A DNA stretch of 64,000 bases from Trichosphaerium sp. ATCC 40318. Lineage: Eukaryota; Protista; Tubulinea. Made by a program: the position numbers and the translations under genes. Under the pieces are notes generated by a model. It saw only the letters and a program-made list of their open reading frames with translations, ran no database searches and had not been told where the DNA came from. This document shows positions 1 to 12,937 of the stretch, piece after piece; within the stretch, counting starts at the first letter, position 1; each line of letters starts with the position of its first letter. The stretch lies in contig JALMLS010000228.1 in NCBI GenBank assembly GCA_038496445.1, forward strand, positions 372,001-436,000, read 5' to 3'.

Positions 1-4
1 ATTT

Positions 5-493
5 GTGGATAGAAAGCAAATTAGATTGTATAAACAGCCCAGAAACGAAAAAAACACAATCAGGCACAGATCAAACTGGAAAGATAAGGGTTGGCCATAC
101 GAGTATGTCAAGGCTAATAAGGAAGGTATGGGAAGACTTGTAAAGCTTGTGTCTTGGAGTTTTGTGTATAGGTATCATCAAGGAAGCAGCAGGCATTTTA
201 TCAAAGGATGGGAAGCTGTTGTACCTGGTTCATGTCTAAAGGTTGTTTACAGTCAACAATTAGGAAGCAATTTTATTATATCGATTACATGGAATGGAAG
301 CACATTGAAATACCACCATTATTTAAGTACATCGGCATTCGAATTTGAAAAAGAGGGAAAAAAGACAGAGGAGGGTAAAGAAGAGTTTTACAAAGACTTT
401 CTTTCTTATGTTGGTTTACCTCGTAGAATATCTCTTTTTAGAAAGTTCCTTGAAGCTTGTGGTGTACATCGGTTATTAAAACAAAATGTCTGA
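5..493 (+). CDS. 3' part of a hypothetical protein (5' end outside the window)
   Basis: Open frame from the window edge to TGA at 491-493, followed by an A15 run (612-626) and a TGTA-AATAAA poly(A)-signal-like motif (671-680). No recognisable domain. Confidence 0.3.
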   Translation: MDRKQIRLYKQPRNEKNTIRHRSNWKDKGWPYEYVKANKEGMGRLVKLVSWSFVYRYHQGSSRHFIKGWEAVVPGSCLKVVYSQQLGSNFIISITWNGSTLKYHHYLSTSAFEFEKEGKKTEEGKEEFYKDFLSYVGLPRRISLFRKFLEACGVHRLLKQNV

Positions 494-1117
494 ACAAGTG
501 AGACATTTCAGGCGTTTGAACAAACTGGACTGATACAACAAAACAGACAACCGACTCAAGCAGGTTTATACGATAGCAAGCAGAAATCACCCTCCCACTA
601 CCACCCTTCATAAAAAAAAAAAAAAATTTGTTTTCTCTTTTTGTATTTTATTGCATTCGCGATCATGTTTTGTAAATAAACCTCACACATGCTCGCTCTG
701 TGCCAGAGCTATCGGCCAGGGACCGTGTGTTCCTTTCCTCCCAGATCGTCTTGCACCACTTTTGTTGGGATTGAGGTATTGGTCTAACGTCCATTAAATA
801 CAAAGTGGTGTGGGGGTGGACAACTCAAGCATCTGGCGATGATGGTTTATAAACTTAAGTATTCATTGAAATGAAACAGACTGTTTTTATTGTTCAAAAT
901 AATCGTCGAATGAGATAGTTGGTAGAAATGATGTAAAGTTTCTGGAGGTACAGTCGTTCCATGCTAGCAGATCTGTGTCGTTGGCATTGGGACAAGCTTC
1001 AAGCTTTAGTGAGAGCGTGGGTGCTTGTAAACGCATTAAATGGCTTTCCAAACTCGAGGGTTCCACAGGAAGTGTTTTGACCAAAATAAATAACATAGTT
1101 TTTTGTGCTAAACAGAA

Positions 1118-3724
1118 ATGAACATAAAACCACTACTACTTTTCGTAGTAGTCTCGTTGGCTCTAGCAAGTAAGCCAGAAGACTGGAGAAAGATACGTGA
1201 GGCATTACCTCATGAATCTATCAAGTTTTGGGTTGGTTTACACCAACAAAACGTTGACGCCTTCCAAGTATGATAAATAAGACCAAATCCGCTTTTTTAG
1301 GCGTCACGTGATTGCTCATTTTCTTTTTTTCCGTTTTGTATCTTCAAGCGAATAACGTCTTTAGGCAAAAGTTTTGGACTTAGCTGACCCTTCATCTGTA
1401 AACTATTGTACGTTGCTGTGTTGTTCTAGCGATTTTAACCCATTTTAAGCTCAATGGATGTCTCAAACGGATATTATGGATATGATAAGACCAAACAAAG
1501 AACATCATGCTGCAGTATACGGATGGCTTTCACGTGTTGGTACGCAACGTTTTTCTTCATCTTAAATTTACGCGAAGCGCGTGAACCTTAACTTTCTCTT
1601 AGAAGGCATGAATATCGTTGATCTTGGTGATGCTTTTGAAGTTACAGCGAAAGCCAGTGCTGTTGGGAAACTATTCCAATGCACATTTTACCAATTCATT
1701 CATCTTCCTTCTGGTCACGTTGCTATCCGTCAAGAAGGTGGTGCTACAATCCCTGTAGAAGTTGCCGATTACATCGATATTGTTACAGGTTAGCAAAATT
1801 ATTTTGTTAAAAATGTCACGTGAGGTCACAAACTAACAACTTAAAAGGCCTTACTGGTTTTCCAATTATTATGCCAAAGAAGAACAGAGAATCAGTAAAC
1901 AAAGTCGACGCTGATGGAAAGTATGGATATATTGTACCTGAAGTTATAAGGAGATTATACAACATACCAACAGGCGAGGCAGCCACAAACCCAAAGAACA
2001 AACAAGTACAAGAAAATTTATTTTTTTTCAACTAACTCATTGGTTTACAGGCTGTTATCGAGTTTTCTCCTGTTACCGCACCTGTGTTCTCTGATGTCGT
2101 AGAGTTCTGTAAACAAGCAGATGAGGTGTACACCAATTACAGCAGGATCGTCGGACCGTTCAAACAAGGTGGTCAAAACACTGAAGCAGTCTTAGATGTT
2201 GAGTACCTTATTACTATTGGAAGTAAAGCGAGAAATGAGTAAGCGTTCGGGGTTTTTTTTCAGTACAGATTACTTTCTTGTCGGTCCTAGTTTTAACATT
2301 TGTACCTAAGATACTGGACCATCGCTGATGGGTGGGCTTATGAAATGGCTCTTCAATTATTCAATGACAACGAACCTCCTCTTGTTGCTTCCGTCAGTTA
2401 CGGTTGGCCTGAAGTAAACACGTGCCAATCATCTGTAACTCACGCCCAGTGTAATGGTGCGTTTTCTTTCTTCATTATAACAAACCCGTCGTATTAACAT
2501 TCCATTAGGTGGTACAGCAGCTCAATACGTCGCCAGAGCAAACGTAGAGTTATCAAAGGTAACCAGTTCGTAAAAACCTATTTTACCTTACTTTTTTTAA
2601 CGTCTTGTATAGCTAGCTGGTTTGGGTATTTCTGTGCTTGTATGTACTCAAGATGAAGGAGCTCCTTCAGAAGCTAATCTAGAGTGCCAAAATAAGGAAC
2701 ATCCAGTGTGGGGAATATATCCTGGTTCATCTCCTTGGTACGAACTTGTTCCCTAAAAATACGGTGAAAAAACCCTGCTTACTTTACGTAGGGTTACAGC
2801 TGTTAGTGCAACTACAGTTGGACCAGAACCTGCTGCTTCTCAATTGTATACAGATGTAGCTGATCCTCCTCTCTGCTCAACCCGTTACCCATGCGCAAAA
2901 GCATCTCAAGAACAACCATGTTCTGTAAACAACACATTGTACCGGTGGACCACTGGTGGTGGTTTTTCTCCATATGGAGCCAGAGAATCTTACCAAGAAT
3001 CAGCTGTTCAAGTACGTTATAGAAGCTATCTGAAATACAAACTTACAGCAAACCGTGCGTGCTGTGAATTAACTCTATTTTACAGGAATGGTTGAAGTCT
3101 ACTGCATTGAAGCCAAGTATCTACCCTTCGACCAAAAGAGGGTATGCTGATATATCAGGTGTTGGATCACGTGTTATGATCTGGATAAACGGAGAGGCAT
3201 TCCCAGAAGCCGGTGAGTGTTCCTAACAACCAATACTTTGGCAGTTTTCTTTGAAACCAGGCTTCGGCGCCGAAAAGTTTTGTTCGTTTCTTCAAATGAT
3301 TTTAACTTACGTTCTCTAGGTACTTCGGCATCAACTCCAATCGTTGCTGGTATTATTACTCTTTTGAATGATAAAAGATTAGACGCAGGTAAAAAGCCTT
3401 TGGGTTTCCTTAACCCTCTGCTGTATAAGATGCAAGCAGAGAATCCTTCAGCATACCAAGTAAGTATCATACACTAACACGTGTTCATGAACGGACAAAT
3501 TTTATTCGTAAATTTGCACGTGGGCACTGATGTTGTTCTGTCTTTGGGTTTATTTGTGTTTAACTGTTGTTTCGTAGGATATTACTGAAGGCACTAACAA
3601 GTGTACCTCTGGTGGCGTATGCTGCAAGGACGGTTATGGATGTTCTAAAGGATGGGATCCTCCAACTGGACTCGGAACACCAAATTATGGCGAGATGGCA
3701 AAGTACATTGCAAACCTTCCTTGA
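1118..3724 (+). CDS. Sedolisin (peptidase S53) / tripeptidyl-peptidase-I-like secreted protease, ~12 introns
   Basis: Spliced model: signal peptide MNIKPLLLFVVVSLALA, activation pro-domain, EAVLDVEY (catalytic E/D), SVSYG, PGSSPWVTAVSAT, TTGGGFS, RGYADI, catalytic GTSASTP, LGFLNPLLY, DITEGTN...GWDPPTGLGTPN (Ca site). All introns are GT-AG. Confidence 0.92.
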
Positions 3725-4161
3725 GTAATAAAATTCTGACCTTCAAACTGATTTCTTTTTGAAATATGCACGTGATGAATCACATGTGCTTCTTCATTCA
3801 AGTAGTAAATATAATCTACTCAGTCACAATAGATTTTTACTTTTGAAAAAGTTTAACTTGTCTGGCTTTGAAGCTTTATTTCAGGCTCATTTTACTTACT
3901 ATAACTGATGTCCTCGTTTAACAAAAGAGGATCAAAAAGGTGCAATTAAAAATCAATTGCAGTTTCAAAATAATAAGCAACGCTTTTAACAATTTCTTCA
4001 TGATGGCATTTAGCACCATAAAAAACCAAAACTAATGTAATATAAACCTGTACCTAGATTGTTGAAAAGGTTTTTATTTACACTCTTTGTACAATTATTA
4101 AGTACACAACAACATCGCCTTCGCACAATAGTATGTTGTTTTACTTTGGTAACCTAACATA

Positions 4162-7009
4162 CTACTTTGTGCTATCCATGTAGGAGTCGTAAGAATAAAT
4201 AATAAGATCTGTTTTCGGAGTTAACTTAGTACGTTTGTTTTGTTTTTCTTGGTCATCACTGCTGGCTTTTCGTTTCCTGTCCATCTTCTCCATGTGCCCT
4301 GGTAAGTATTGTTCACTATTGTCTTGACTTATAGGACATGAACCCTGGTTCTGAACAGGGTTTAAGCGGTTGACGTTTGGAATGTTACGCCAAGGTGATT
4401 GCGTTTCTTTCGGCATTAAAGAGTGTGTATCTTTGAATAAATCGCTTTGCGATCTATATGGTCCGCAAGATGGTGTTGGAGATGATGATTTATCTACAAC
4501 GTTATCCCTAACGTATTCTAATGGATTATAATAACCAAGTGGTCTTTGAAAGCGATAGTGTTGTAAGGATCGTTGCTGCTGTTGCCTTTGTTGTTGTTGC
4601 TGTTGCCTTTGTTGTTGTTGCTGTTGCCTTTGTTGTTGTTGCTGCCTTTGTTGTTGGTCTTGTGCATTAAATCTCTCGCAAAACTTTTTAACAGTTAAGT
4701 CGTAGTCGGAAGCTTTAGGTAAGAAGTCAATCCATTCGTCTGTAAAGAGTCTTTTATCACCTCGTAGATCGGAAATAGGTCGACTGCTGTTAACTCCCAA
4801 ATAATGAGCCACTGATTTGACTCCAAAAGTATAAAGCACGTACAAGACACTATGGTCTTTAAATTTCTCGAGAGATATCTCCTCCCATCTCTTAAAACCT
4901 CCTTTTGCTAATACTAATAATCCTTGTCCTCCAATATCAGCCAAGTTCTTGGAAATAACGAAAGGATCACATTCAGAAAATCGAGAGTAATGTAGTTCTC
5001 TAATAAGTGATGCTAGCCCGAAACTCTTACATACTGCTAAGTTCTCAAGTATGACTGAAGGGCCGATATCTTCCATATACTTGTATTTAGAGGAAATTAG
5101 TAGTGACATGAGTCTTGGTTTCATGTTTGCCAATAAGGAGTCGACTGAGAAATGGTCCAATGAGAAATTGTTAAACCATCTTTGTGCCTCACAGAATCCT
5201 TCTTTTTGCTCCATGTGGTAATGAAGAGATTGTATTTGTTCAAGAGATGTTTCTTTAGGTATTAGAGAGGCGTTAAGGCAGTACCAAGCGTTGAACTTAT
5301 GAGTGGACAAAAAGGAAGGTCGGAGCTTGTCAAATTGTTTTGAAACCTCAAATATGTCTCCAAACTTCTTTGCTACGTTGTAGCTTTCGCAGTTGATGTA
5401 GTACAGAGGATTTGCTTTATCTGTTAACCAATCGTATATAGACTTATGTGTTAAATGAACACACGAACGTGTAATATATACGAAAGGTCCTAGTGACTTG
5501 ATGGCTTGTGTTAACTCCTCTCGTCTCATGTCCGCCAAAAAACAAATCTCGGAAATAGTCGGTGGACAGTTTGATGTAACAAGGACTTTCAGTACTTTCT
5601 CCACAGATGCAAGTAGTTTACCTACATGCACGTTAATACTTTAATGACGATTGTAATACTTTTAAGTCGTTTAATGTACCTTGAAACATTGAATTGAAGC
5701 AACAAGTATAAATCTTATCTATTCCTCCTATTTTCTCAGATAAATCGAAGGTAATATTCTGAGAAAAGTTCTTGGCATCAACAATCAAAGAAGCCAGTAA
5801 GAAGTTACCCTAAAATTTCTCGCCTTTAGAATAAAGAGATTACGAGGTGAAAAAATCCAAGAACGTACGTTTGTCCATTTGGAGAGTGCAGTAGCATCTT
5901 CGTTGTTAAATCCGCCATATTTTTGTATGTAGTCTTCAACGTCATATATTGATTCTCTTCTATTATGCAAACGAATTGTTTTTATCGCTTTGTTTTTTTC
6001 GCTTAGTCTATTTACTGTGTCAGTTGTTTAATATATCTGTTATGTATTGACGCACAATGTTGTTACGTTGACACATGGGCGAGCTGTAACGATAAATTTT
6101 AGCCAAGGAGGTAATGATGACCTCACTTTAGCAACGAACTCTGCAATTGTTGATCCACCAACCAAACCGGAAGAGAACTGGTAAAGAAAGTGTAAGCAAG
6201 CTTTTTTTTTTTTGTGAAATAATATGACGTACAGAAGTAGATTCATCAAGAGCATCTATAATGATAACTTGAGGATCATGTGTTTTAGGTAGTACTTGAA
6301 GAACACATTGACAAAAAATATCTTCCGCTGTCATATCGGGTATTGCCGCTGTCAGGTTTTCAACTGTATCTACGATGTCGAGAGTATTTATCTTTTGAGC
6401 TATCATTCTGGTAATACTCTTAACGACCTCTTTTGGCGTACACCTATACGCGAATAAGTGATAAGCCAAAGGCGCAGAGAAAACAAAAAAAGTAAAGAAA
6501 CGCACGTGTCTATATCGTTGTACTGACAGAAATGATAAGCTAGAATCATATCATCAAGAGCACGTTCGTTAATAAGACGAGAAACCAAAGCCGATTTACC
6601 AAATCCTTTATAGACAAAAAGTTAGCTCACTTTTTTTCATTGACGCTAGTGAAACGAAAAGCGAACTACTGAGAAAAAAAAAAGTTTCTCGTTAGAAAAG
6701 TTAATGAAAAAGGTAAAGCTTTTTCGCTAAACAATTTGAGTTGAAAAAAAAATATTGCGATAAGCTTTATTTACGTACCAGCTGGCGCTAGTAGCATGTA
6801 AACGTTGGATTTATTATCACTATCTGTATCTTCGACCCAACGGATGATATCTTTGAGTATCCAATGACGACCATGAAACCCACGTAACAGTTTAGTAACT
6901 TTGTCGTTAAAATCGAACCGACACTCTATAAAACGTTTTGATTAACATTATGACAAGCCCTCTTGGTCATGTTACCTTTTAAATCGGGTTGCGAGGGCTT
7001 GACGTCCAT
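4162..7009 (-). CDS. NACHT/TANC-like STAND P-loop NTPase with polyQ tail
   Basis: Spliced model: FHGRHWILKDI, Walker A LLAPAGFGKSALV (split by an intron), LAYHFCQ, Walker B IIIDALDES, WLKFIVTARP, winged-helix HKSIYDWL. The 1.47-kb final exon carries polyQ and a basic NLS-like end (RKRK...KRTK). Confidence 0.8.
4573..4656 (-). repeat. CAA/CAG polyglutamine repeat (QQQQQR units) in the NACHT gene
   Basis: Tandem tgttgttgttgctgttgcctt units on the + strand, translating to QQQRQQQQQRQQQQQQR... Confidence 0.95.
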
Positions 7010-7686
7010 CGTATATTGCTGTTAGATATTTAGGTGTTGTTCTTGGTGTGTTTATAACGTTATGTGTGCCAGTACTCCCTTAAAATACGTTCACAGAAAT
7101 AGTGGAAATTACGGTAAAAACGAAGTCGTCAGAACTTCACAGAATGTTATTGTTTTGTAGAGAAGACTTTATGTTTTAGGTAGTGAAAACATTGCTTACA
7201 AAAGCGATTGACAAGCTATGAAACGACATGTCAATAAAGCAAAAATGTCATACTGCAGTTGTGTTTTGTGACCTGTACTTCTTCTATTTCCCGTACTTCC
7301 TATTAAAATTGAAATTGAATGAGCATCTGAGAGTAACAACTACGACTTAAAGATTGCTAGGGCTGTAAGGTTTTACTTTATTCAAGCACGGCTTCGACAC
7401 TTTCAACTATTTTTGACGTACTGGAAGCAACAGTGCTAGTTACGAAGTGAGGAAACAATACAATAAAGGTACGTAGTTTGGTAACATGTTCGCTGTTCGT
7501 AGACATGTGTATTCAGCTAAAATCCACTGGAACTCGACTGCCGGCATTTGTACTGGATTGTGTTGACATTTTACTAAGGCAGACAGATGAACGAACTATG
7601 ACCGAGGAGTCATGATACGTGTCAATACAAGTAACCAAGAAAAAAGGGTTTTTTTTTTTGTTTATGTACAGTATTTTTCTTTTTAA

Positions 7687-8914
7687 TTATAACGTTCTTA
7701 CGTTTGTTGCTGGCGTTGTAGGTAACGCAACATTTCGTACTTTACTCAATATACTCTGTGCTTGCTTTTCATAATCCTTATCAGATAACAATGTATCATA
7801 AAGGCGTAGTAACTCAGTACATACTTCACCAATCTATGTTTAAAAAAAAGTGAGCTTTGGTTGGTATAATTTTTCTCTCACCTGACTTAGTTTTTTTGCA
7901 AGGTTTAAGTCAGCCAACCAATCAGAAATATCACGTTTACAGTATACAGATGCCAAGTATATACATCCCAAGCAAATAATATGTGGTGGGTATAGTAGGC
8001 CAATATTTGTTCGATAAGAGTCGTTTATAATACTCCTATTATAAAGTGTTAGCGTGCCTTCTCTTTGGGGTTTATTTTCTAACAGAATTCGAAAAAACAA
8101 AATCTTTAAATCTCAAAAAACTCTTGATGAAGAGTTTATTACTCGTTTCAAATGCGGTAAACATATCTAATATTAACATACCATACACAATCAACGTTTT
8201 CTTTCATTCCAGCATCTTCTACATAGCTAAATAATTCAATTAACAAAAAAGCCAAAAAAAAAAAAACTTCGAGAATTAAATAAATGAACAAGGACGCACC
8301 GTTGGACGTTATCAAAAGGATGGAACACCAATAAATGGCAGTTTATGGCGTCCATCAGGTAAAATTCACACTTTTGGATATCTCTAGCTGTGAAGTTTAC
8401 AAGTTTCGCTACTTTAGGCATAGCAGCTGATTTAATCTTGTTCTCAAGTGCTGTATGGTGTATCATTGTTTCTTCTACTTTACTAGCGAGAAAAAGAGCA
8501 GCACACGCCATCAGGAGTGGATTAAACTCTATAAAGCTGTACCTAGATGAGTTTTAGAAAAACTGTTAAAACTGTTATTGTAATTGGTTATGTACGCCAA
8601 GTAGAATCGCCTCCAATATATACACGCCGTGGCGGCAACTCTGTAGCGTGGTTTGCTACATTTGCTACATAAATCCATGATTACTATCTAAACGTTAGTT
8701 CGCCGGCGTATACAATACGAACGTACGATCACAACAGAATATTCGCACGTTACGGATTTCTTCGTCGGAAAATTCATCTCTGTCGAGTTTATTTGACTCC
8801 TCTCTTACAGTTGTATCGTCCAGAAGCCATTTTTTGCTTTAATTTGATTAGTTAATTCCTATATGAGTCTACCTGTACTTACTTGTGAGTGGACGCCCAG
8901 AAATTGGAGGCCAT
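7687..8914 (-). CDS. CCNC: Cyclin C (Mediator kinase module)
   Basis: N-terminus MASNFWASTH, YRVAATACIYWRRFY, ACAALFLASKVEE, CEFYLMDAINCHLLVFHP, WSIINDSYRT, LLYPPHIICLGCI; 5 introns. Confidence 0.9.
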
Positions 8915-9144
8915 GGCTGCCTAATACATTCTGATTTTTCAATCATGGTGTACAAGTCAGCTAATGTAAACACGCAATAAAACTGCTTAGCCGACGAAAG
9001 CAGGAGTTGTCTTGCTGGTAAGCAACTACATCAAACGTTTCCTCACGCTACAAAGACGTAAACTTTGGGCAGGCTTAACAAGGACGTTCAATTAAGGCGG
9101 AAAATTTTAGCGGTTAAAACATTTATTTACATCAATATAACACA
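8915..9144. promoter_or_regulatory. Probable bidirectional promoter shared by cyclin C and MAD2
   Basis: Only 230 bp between two divergent start codons. Inferred from geometry alone. Confidence 0.5.
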
Positions 9145-10251
9145 ATGGTACGTTACGCCTATCTATTTGATTACTAATAAACGTAGCCTGCAAAAGCCGC
9201 CGGCACAATTACTTTGAAAGGCTCTGCCGAGATCGTTACTGAGTTTTTTGGTACGTAGATACTACAACACACGTACCTAACGCTTTTTTAATCAGAATAC
9301 GCAATTTACACAATCTTGTACCAACGCGGTTTGTATCCTCCTGATGAGTTCGAATTTAAGAAATGCTACGGTATTACAGTAATGGTAAGCAAAGAAAAGA
9401 AGCTCAAAGAATACGTTTCGCAAATTCTATCACAAACAGATGGTACGCAATCTGACACCTAAACGTAACGACCAGCTTTAAAACAAACGGCCAAAAATCA
9501 AACCGCCTTTTTTTGATCAACAATCCCGCTCACACCCGCTATAGCATGGTTAATGTCTGGGCAAATGCAAAAACTTGTTCTAGTAATATCTGAAGTAGCT
9601 ACAAACGAAGTAAAAGAAAGATGGAACTTTGACATTCAAACTGATGCAGAAGCGGCCGCAAGGTACCAACAATGACCTCCTATACAAATCGCGAAACCAA
9701 ACAGCATTTCAACGTTAAACAGACGAAAAAAATCGAAACGTTGTTTTTTGTTATTTTCTTCTTTTTCCGTTTAAAATCACGTGGTGTACTTATTTTTTGA
9801 TTAGTGCTTCGTCCAAGCCTGTATCTGAGGTTCGTAAAGAGATTCAAGGGATTATTCGTCAAATAACAGCGAGCGTAACTTATTTACCACTTATTGAAAC
9901 TTCATGCTCTTTTGAAATGCTAGCATACACAGCTAAAGTACGAATTGTTTTTGTGATTTTGACCGCGTCCAAGGAAAAACTTTCTTGTTTTTTTTTCTTC
10001 AAAAAACAGGTGTTTTTGGTTTTACCGCTGGTTTGCTTATAATTTGATCTAGGACGTTTCTGTACCTATTAAATGGGAAGAATCAGATGCTAAGACTATT
10101 GTTAACTCGACTGAAGTTCGTTTGAGATCGTTTGATACTCTTGTACGCTGCTTTTTTGATTCTTTGTTTGTTTTGGCTAGTCTTTATTGACGTTTGTATC
10201 TAGATTCACAAGGTTGAACCTATGGTCGCTTACAAGGTCGATGAGGACTGA
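9145..10251 (+). CDS. MAD2: Spindle checkpoint HORMA protein MAD2
   Basis: M|PAKAAGTITLKGSAEIVTEFF, ILYQRGLYPPDEF, ERWNFDI, EIQGIIRQITASVTYLPL, VPIKWEESD, EVRLRSFDT..HKV; 6 introns, the first directly after the ATG. Confidence 0.95.
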
Positions 10252-10573
10252 CACCTATGTTTTGATAACACATGCATAAGGTGAAGCCTTATGAAGGAAT
10301 TACCGATACTACGTTATCTGCATGAGTAATACATTTTTTTGTACATTAGAAAAAAACTATGAGCCACTTCATTTTCAATTAATAAAGGTCTGCTTTCAAT
10401 TTGTTAAGTCCCTGCAACCGTACCAGTTGCACTATTGTGGAGCAGTTAGCTCCCTAAAATATTGCAATTTGTGCAAGGCACGTGCTTGCCGTGCCACTGG
10501 ATGAGAATTGAGTGCGAAGTGGAAACAAAAGAAAAAGTCAAACAAAGTTAAAACAGGCTGTATTCAACAAGTG

Positions 10574-12683
10574 ATGATGCGAAACCGCTCGTTTTTACTT
10601 CTATTGGCTATAATAGCTATTGTAAGCTGTCATAAGTGGTTTGATACGTCTTCTTTTGGGTCTATACCTCAAACAGACAAGGACTACAATACAGTCCCTA
10701 CAGATGGGCCAGTTACGGAGCTACCAGGCTATGGCAAGGTCAAAGAAACGCAGGTAACCCAACAATGCCATACAGGCGAATTATCGTGCCTTTTTCGAAA
10801 TGACGAATTCGTTGATTGTTTTTCTAGTACTCTGGATACCTCAGTGTAAACGCTACTCAAGGATCAAATATGTTTTATTGGTACACAAATGAAGAAAACT
10901 TTCCAACATTCGCATATTTTTGCTGTTACTCCTGTAACCGCTAACAACTCTTAACATAGGTTCTTTGAGAGCCAGCGATCTCCTACTAACGATCCTCTTG
11001 TTATATGGCTACAAGGTGGTCCTGGTGGATCATCAATGCTTGGTTTATTTGCAGAAAACGTACGTACACTGTCACGTTGTGCCAACCGACATTTTTTTGA
11101 AAGCGAAAAAAACCTTTTAATGAAACAGTTCCAACTAGTAAACTAGGGTCCATATAAAGTAACTGACGATAACACACTCGAAGACAACCCATACTCATGG
11201 AACAAGGTACTAAATTCTTTGATAATCCCATCCACAAAAACAACAGGTAACATCATCTGTAGGTGGCTAATATGTTGTACATAGACCAAGTACGCTTTGA
11301 ATTGTTCCAATCGATCAAAATAACCATCCTTTTAGCCGGTTGGTACTGGCTTCTCCTTTACCCAAGATGTTAGCGGATACGTCAAAAATGAAGTTGAAGT
11401 TGCTGATGACTTTTACAAAGCGTTAACGGAGTTTTTCACGTACTATACATTAACACCTTGCCGTAATTTTATCTCATTATTCCCCTAGTCGTTATCCTGA
11501 ATATGCCAACTTAGAGCTCTTCATATTTGGTGAGTCTTACGCTGGCAAGTACATACCTGCTATTGGATATCGTATACACCAAGCTATATCATCTGGAGAA
11601 TCATCAATTAATCTCAAAGGTCTTGCAATAGGGTAAGAATAGTTTTTTTACCACGTGACGGTTTTTTTTAACATTCGAACAAGTGACGGTTTCACGAATC
11701 CTTCTATTCAAATAGCCTATGAATCCTTCCTTTACAACACAGGTCTCATAGACACAAACCAATGGCTTAACGAATACGCTCCAGTTAGAGCTAAATGCGA
11801 AAACTACATTAACAGAGGTAGTCAGCTTAACGAAACTTAACAGCTGTTAACTTTCTTCGAAAGGTGAATGGACTCAAGCTAGTGCATGCACAAATACACT
11901 TATGGGTATGATCGCCAACTATTCAGGTACTTATTTCAAAGGGTTCTAAGCTAAGTATTCAACGCTCATAAAGGATAGGAAACGTAAACGTTTACGACAT
12001 CAGAACATACGTTCAATATGATTTTACTAATATCGGAAAATATCTTACTTCACCAGACGTTATGAAATCTCTTCATGCAAGCCATCAATGGGGTTCTACT
12101 TCAGATAAAGTTTGTAAGTTTAACAATGTGTTACTTATTTACAACTGAATTTTAAAAAACGTGATTTAGCCGAGGCGCTTAACGAAGATTTGATGAAGTC
12201 TGTTCAAACTGACATAAAACCATTGATAGAGAACTACAAGTACATGACATTGTTGCAGTTTTTTTTTGCTTACCCTAAATGATTAGATACATGGTATATA
12301 ACGGACAATTCGACTTGATATGCAATCTCGTTGGTGTACAAGAAATTTATCGTAACCTCGAATGGTACAAACAACAATCCAAAACAATTTTTTTTTTTTG
12401 CAAAACATAAGCTAATCTGATGTCAATAGGTCAGGACAAGAAGCTTATAAAATAGCACCAAGAAGTGTATGGTATGTGAATGGTAAAGTTGCAGGATTTG
12501 CAAGACAAGTAAAAGAGTTTACGCAATTGATTGTTGCGGGTGCAGGTCAGTACTTTTGGGTTTTTCCTTCTTCGAAAAGAAATATGTTAACAGAAATTAG
12601 GACACTTGGCACCAATGAATCAACCTGAGAATACCCAGGATATGGTTTCTAGATTTACAAGCGGTAAACCATTTAACAAATAA
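10574..12683 (+). CDS. Serine carboxypeptidase (peptidase S10)
   Basis: Signal peptide, [55 protein letters not shown], catalytic [30 protein letters not shown]. Confidence 0.93.
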
Positions 12684-12937
12684 GAAATATCTTGTTGCAC
12701 AAGTGACATCGTAATAAAACAAAAACATTTCTCCCAAAAAAAAAACAGAAAACATTTGTTGGTCTTTTTTGCTTGTCTGAAGTCTTTGGCATACCTCAAC
12801 CAAATCGATTTGTTACTATAAAAAACAGCTTGAGGAAATGTATTTATTAGTAGTAAAACGTGATATTTTTTGGTAGTTGCCACTACAAAAGATGAACTTC
12901 TTTTTGTAATTATGCTGTATCATAACTAAGTTTTAAA

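Noticed and set aside
612-626. A15 run as a retrotransposon poly(A) tail for the first ORF
   Set aside because: A and T runs are common here, a normal TGTA-AATAAA signal lies downstream, and no RT or endonuclease motifs are visible.
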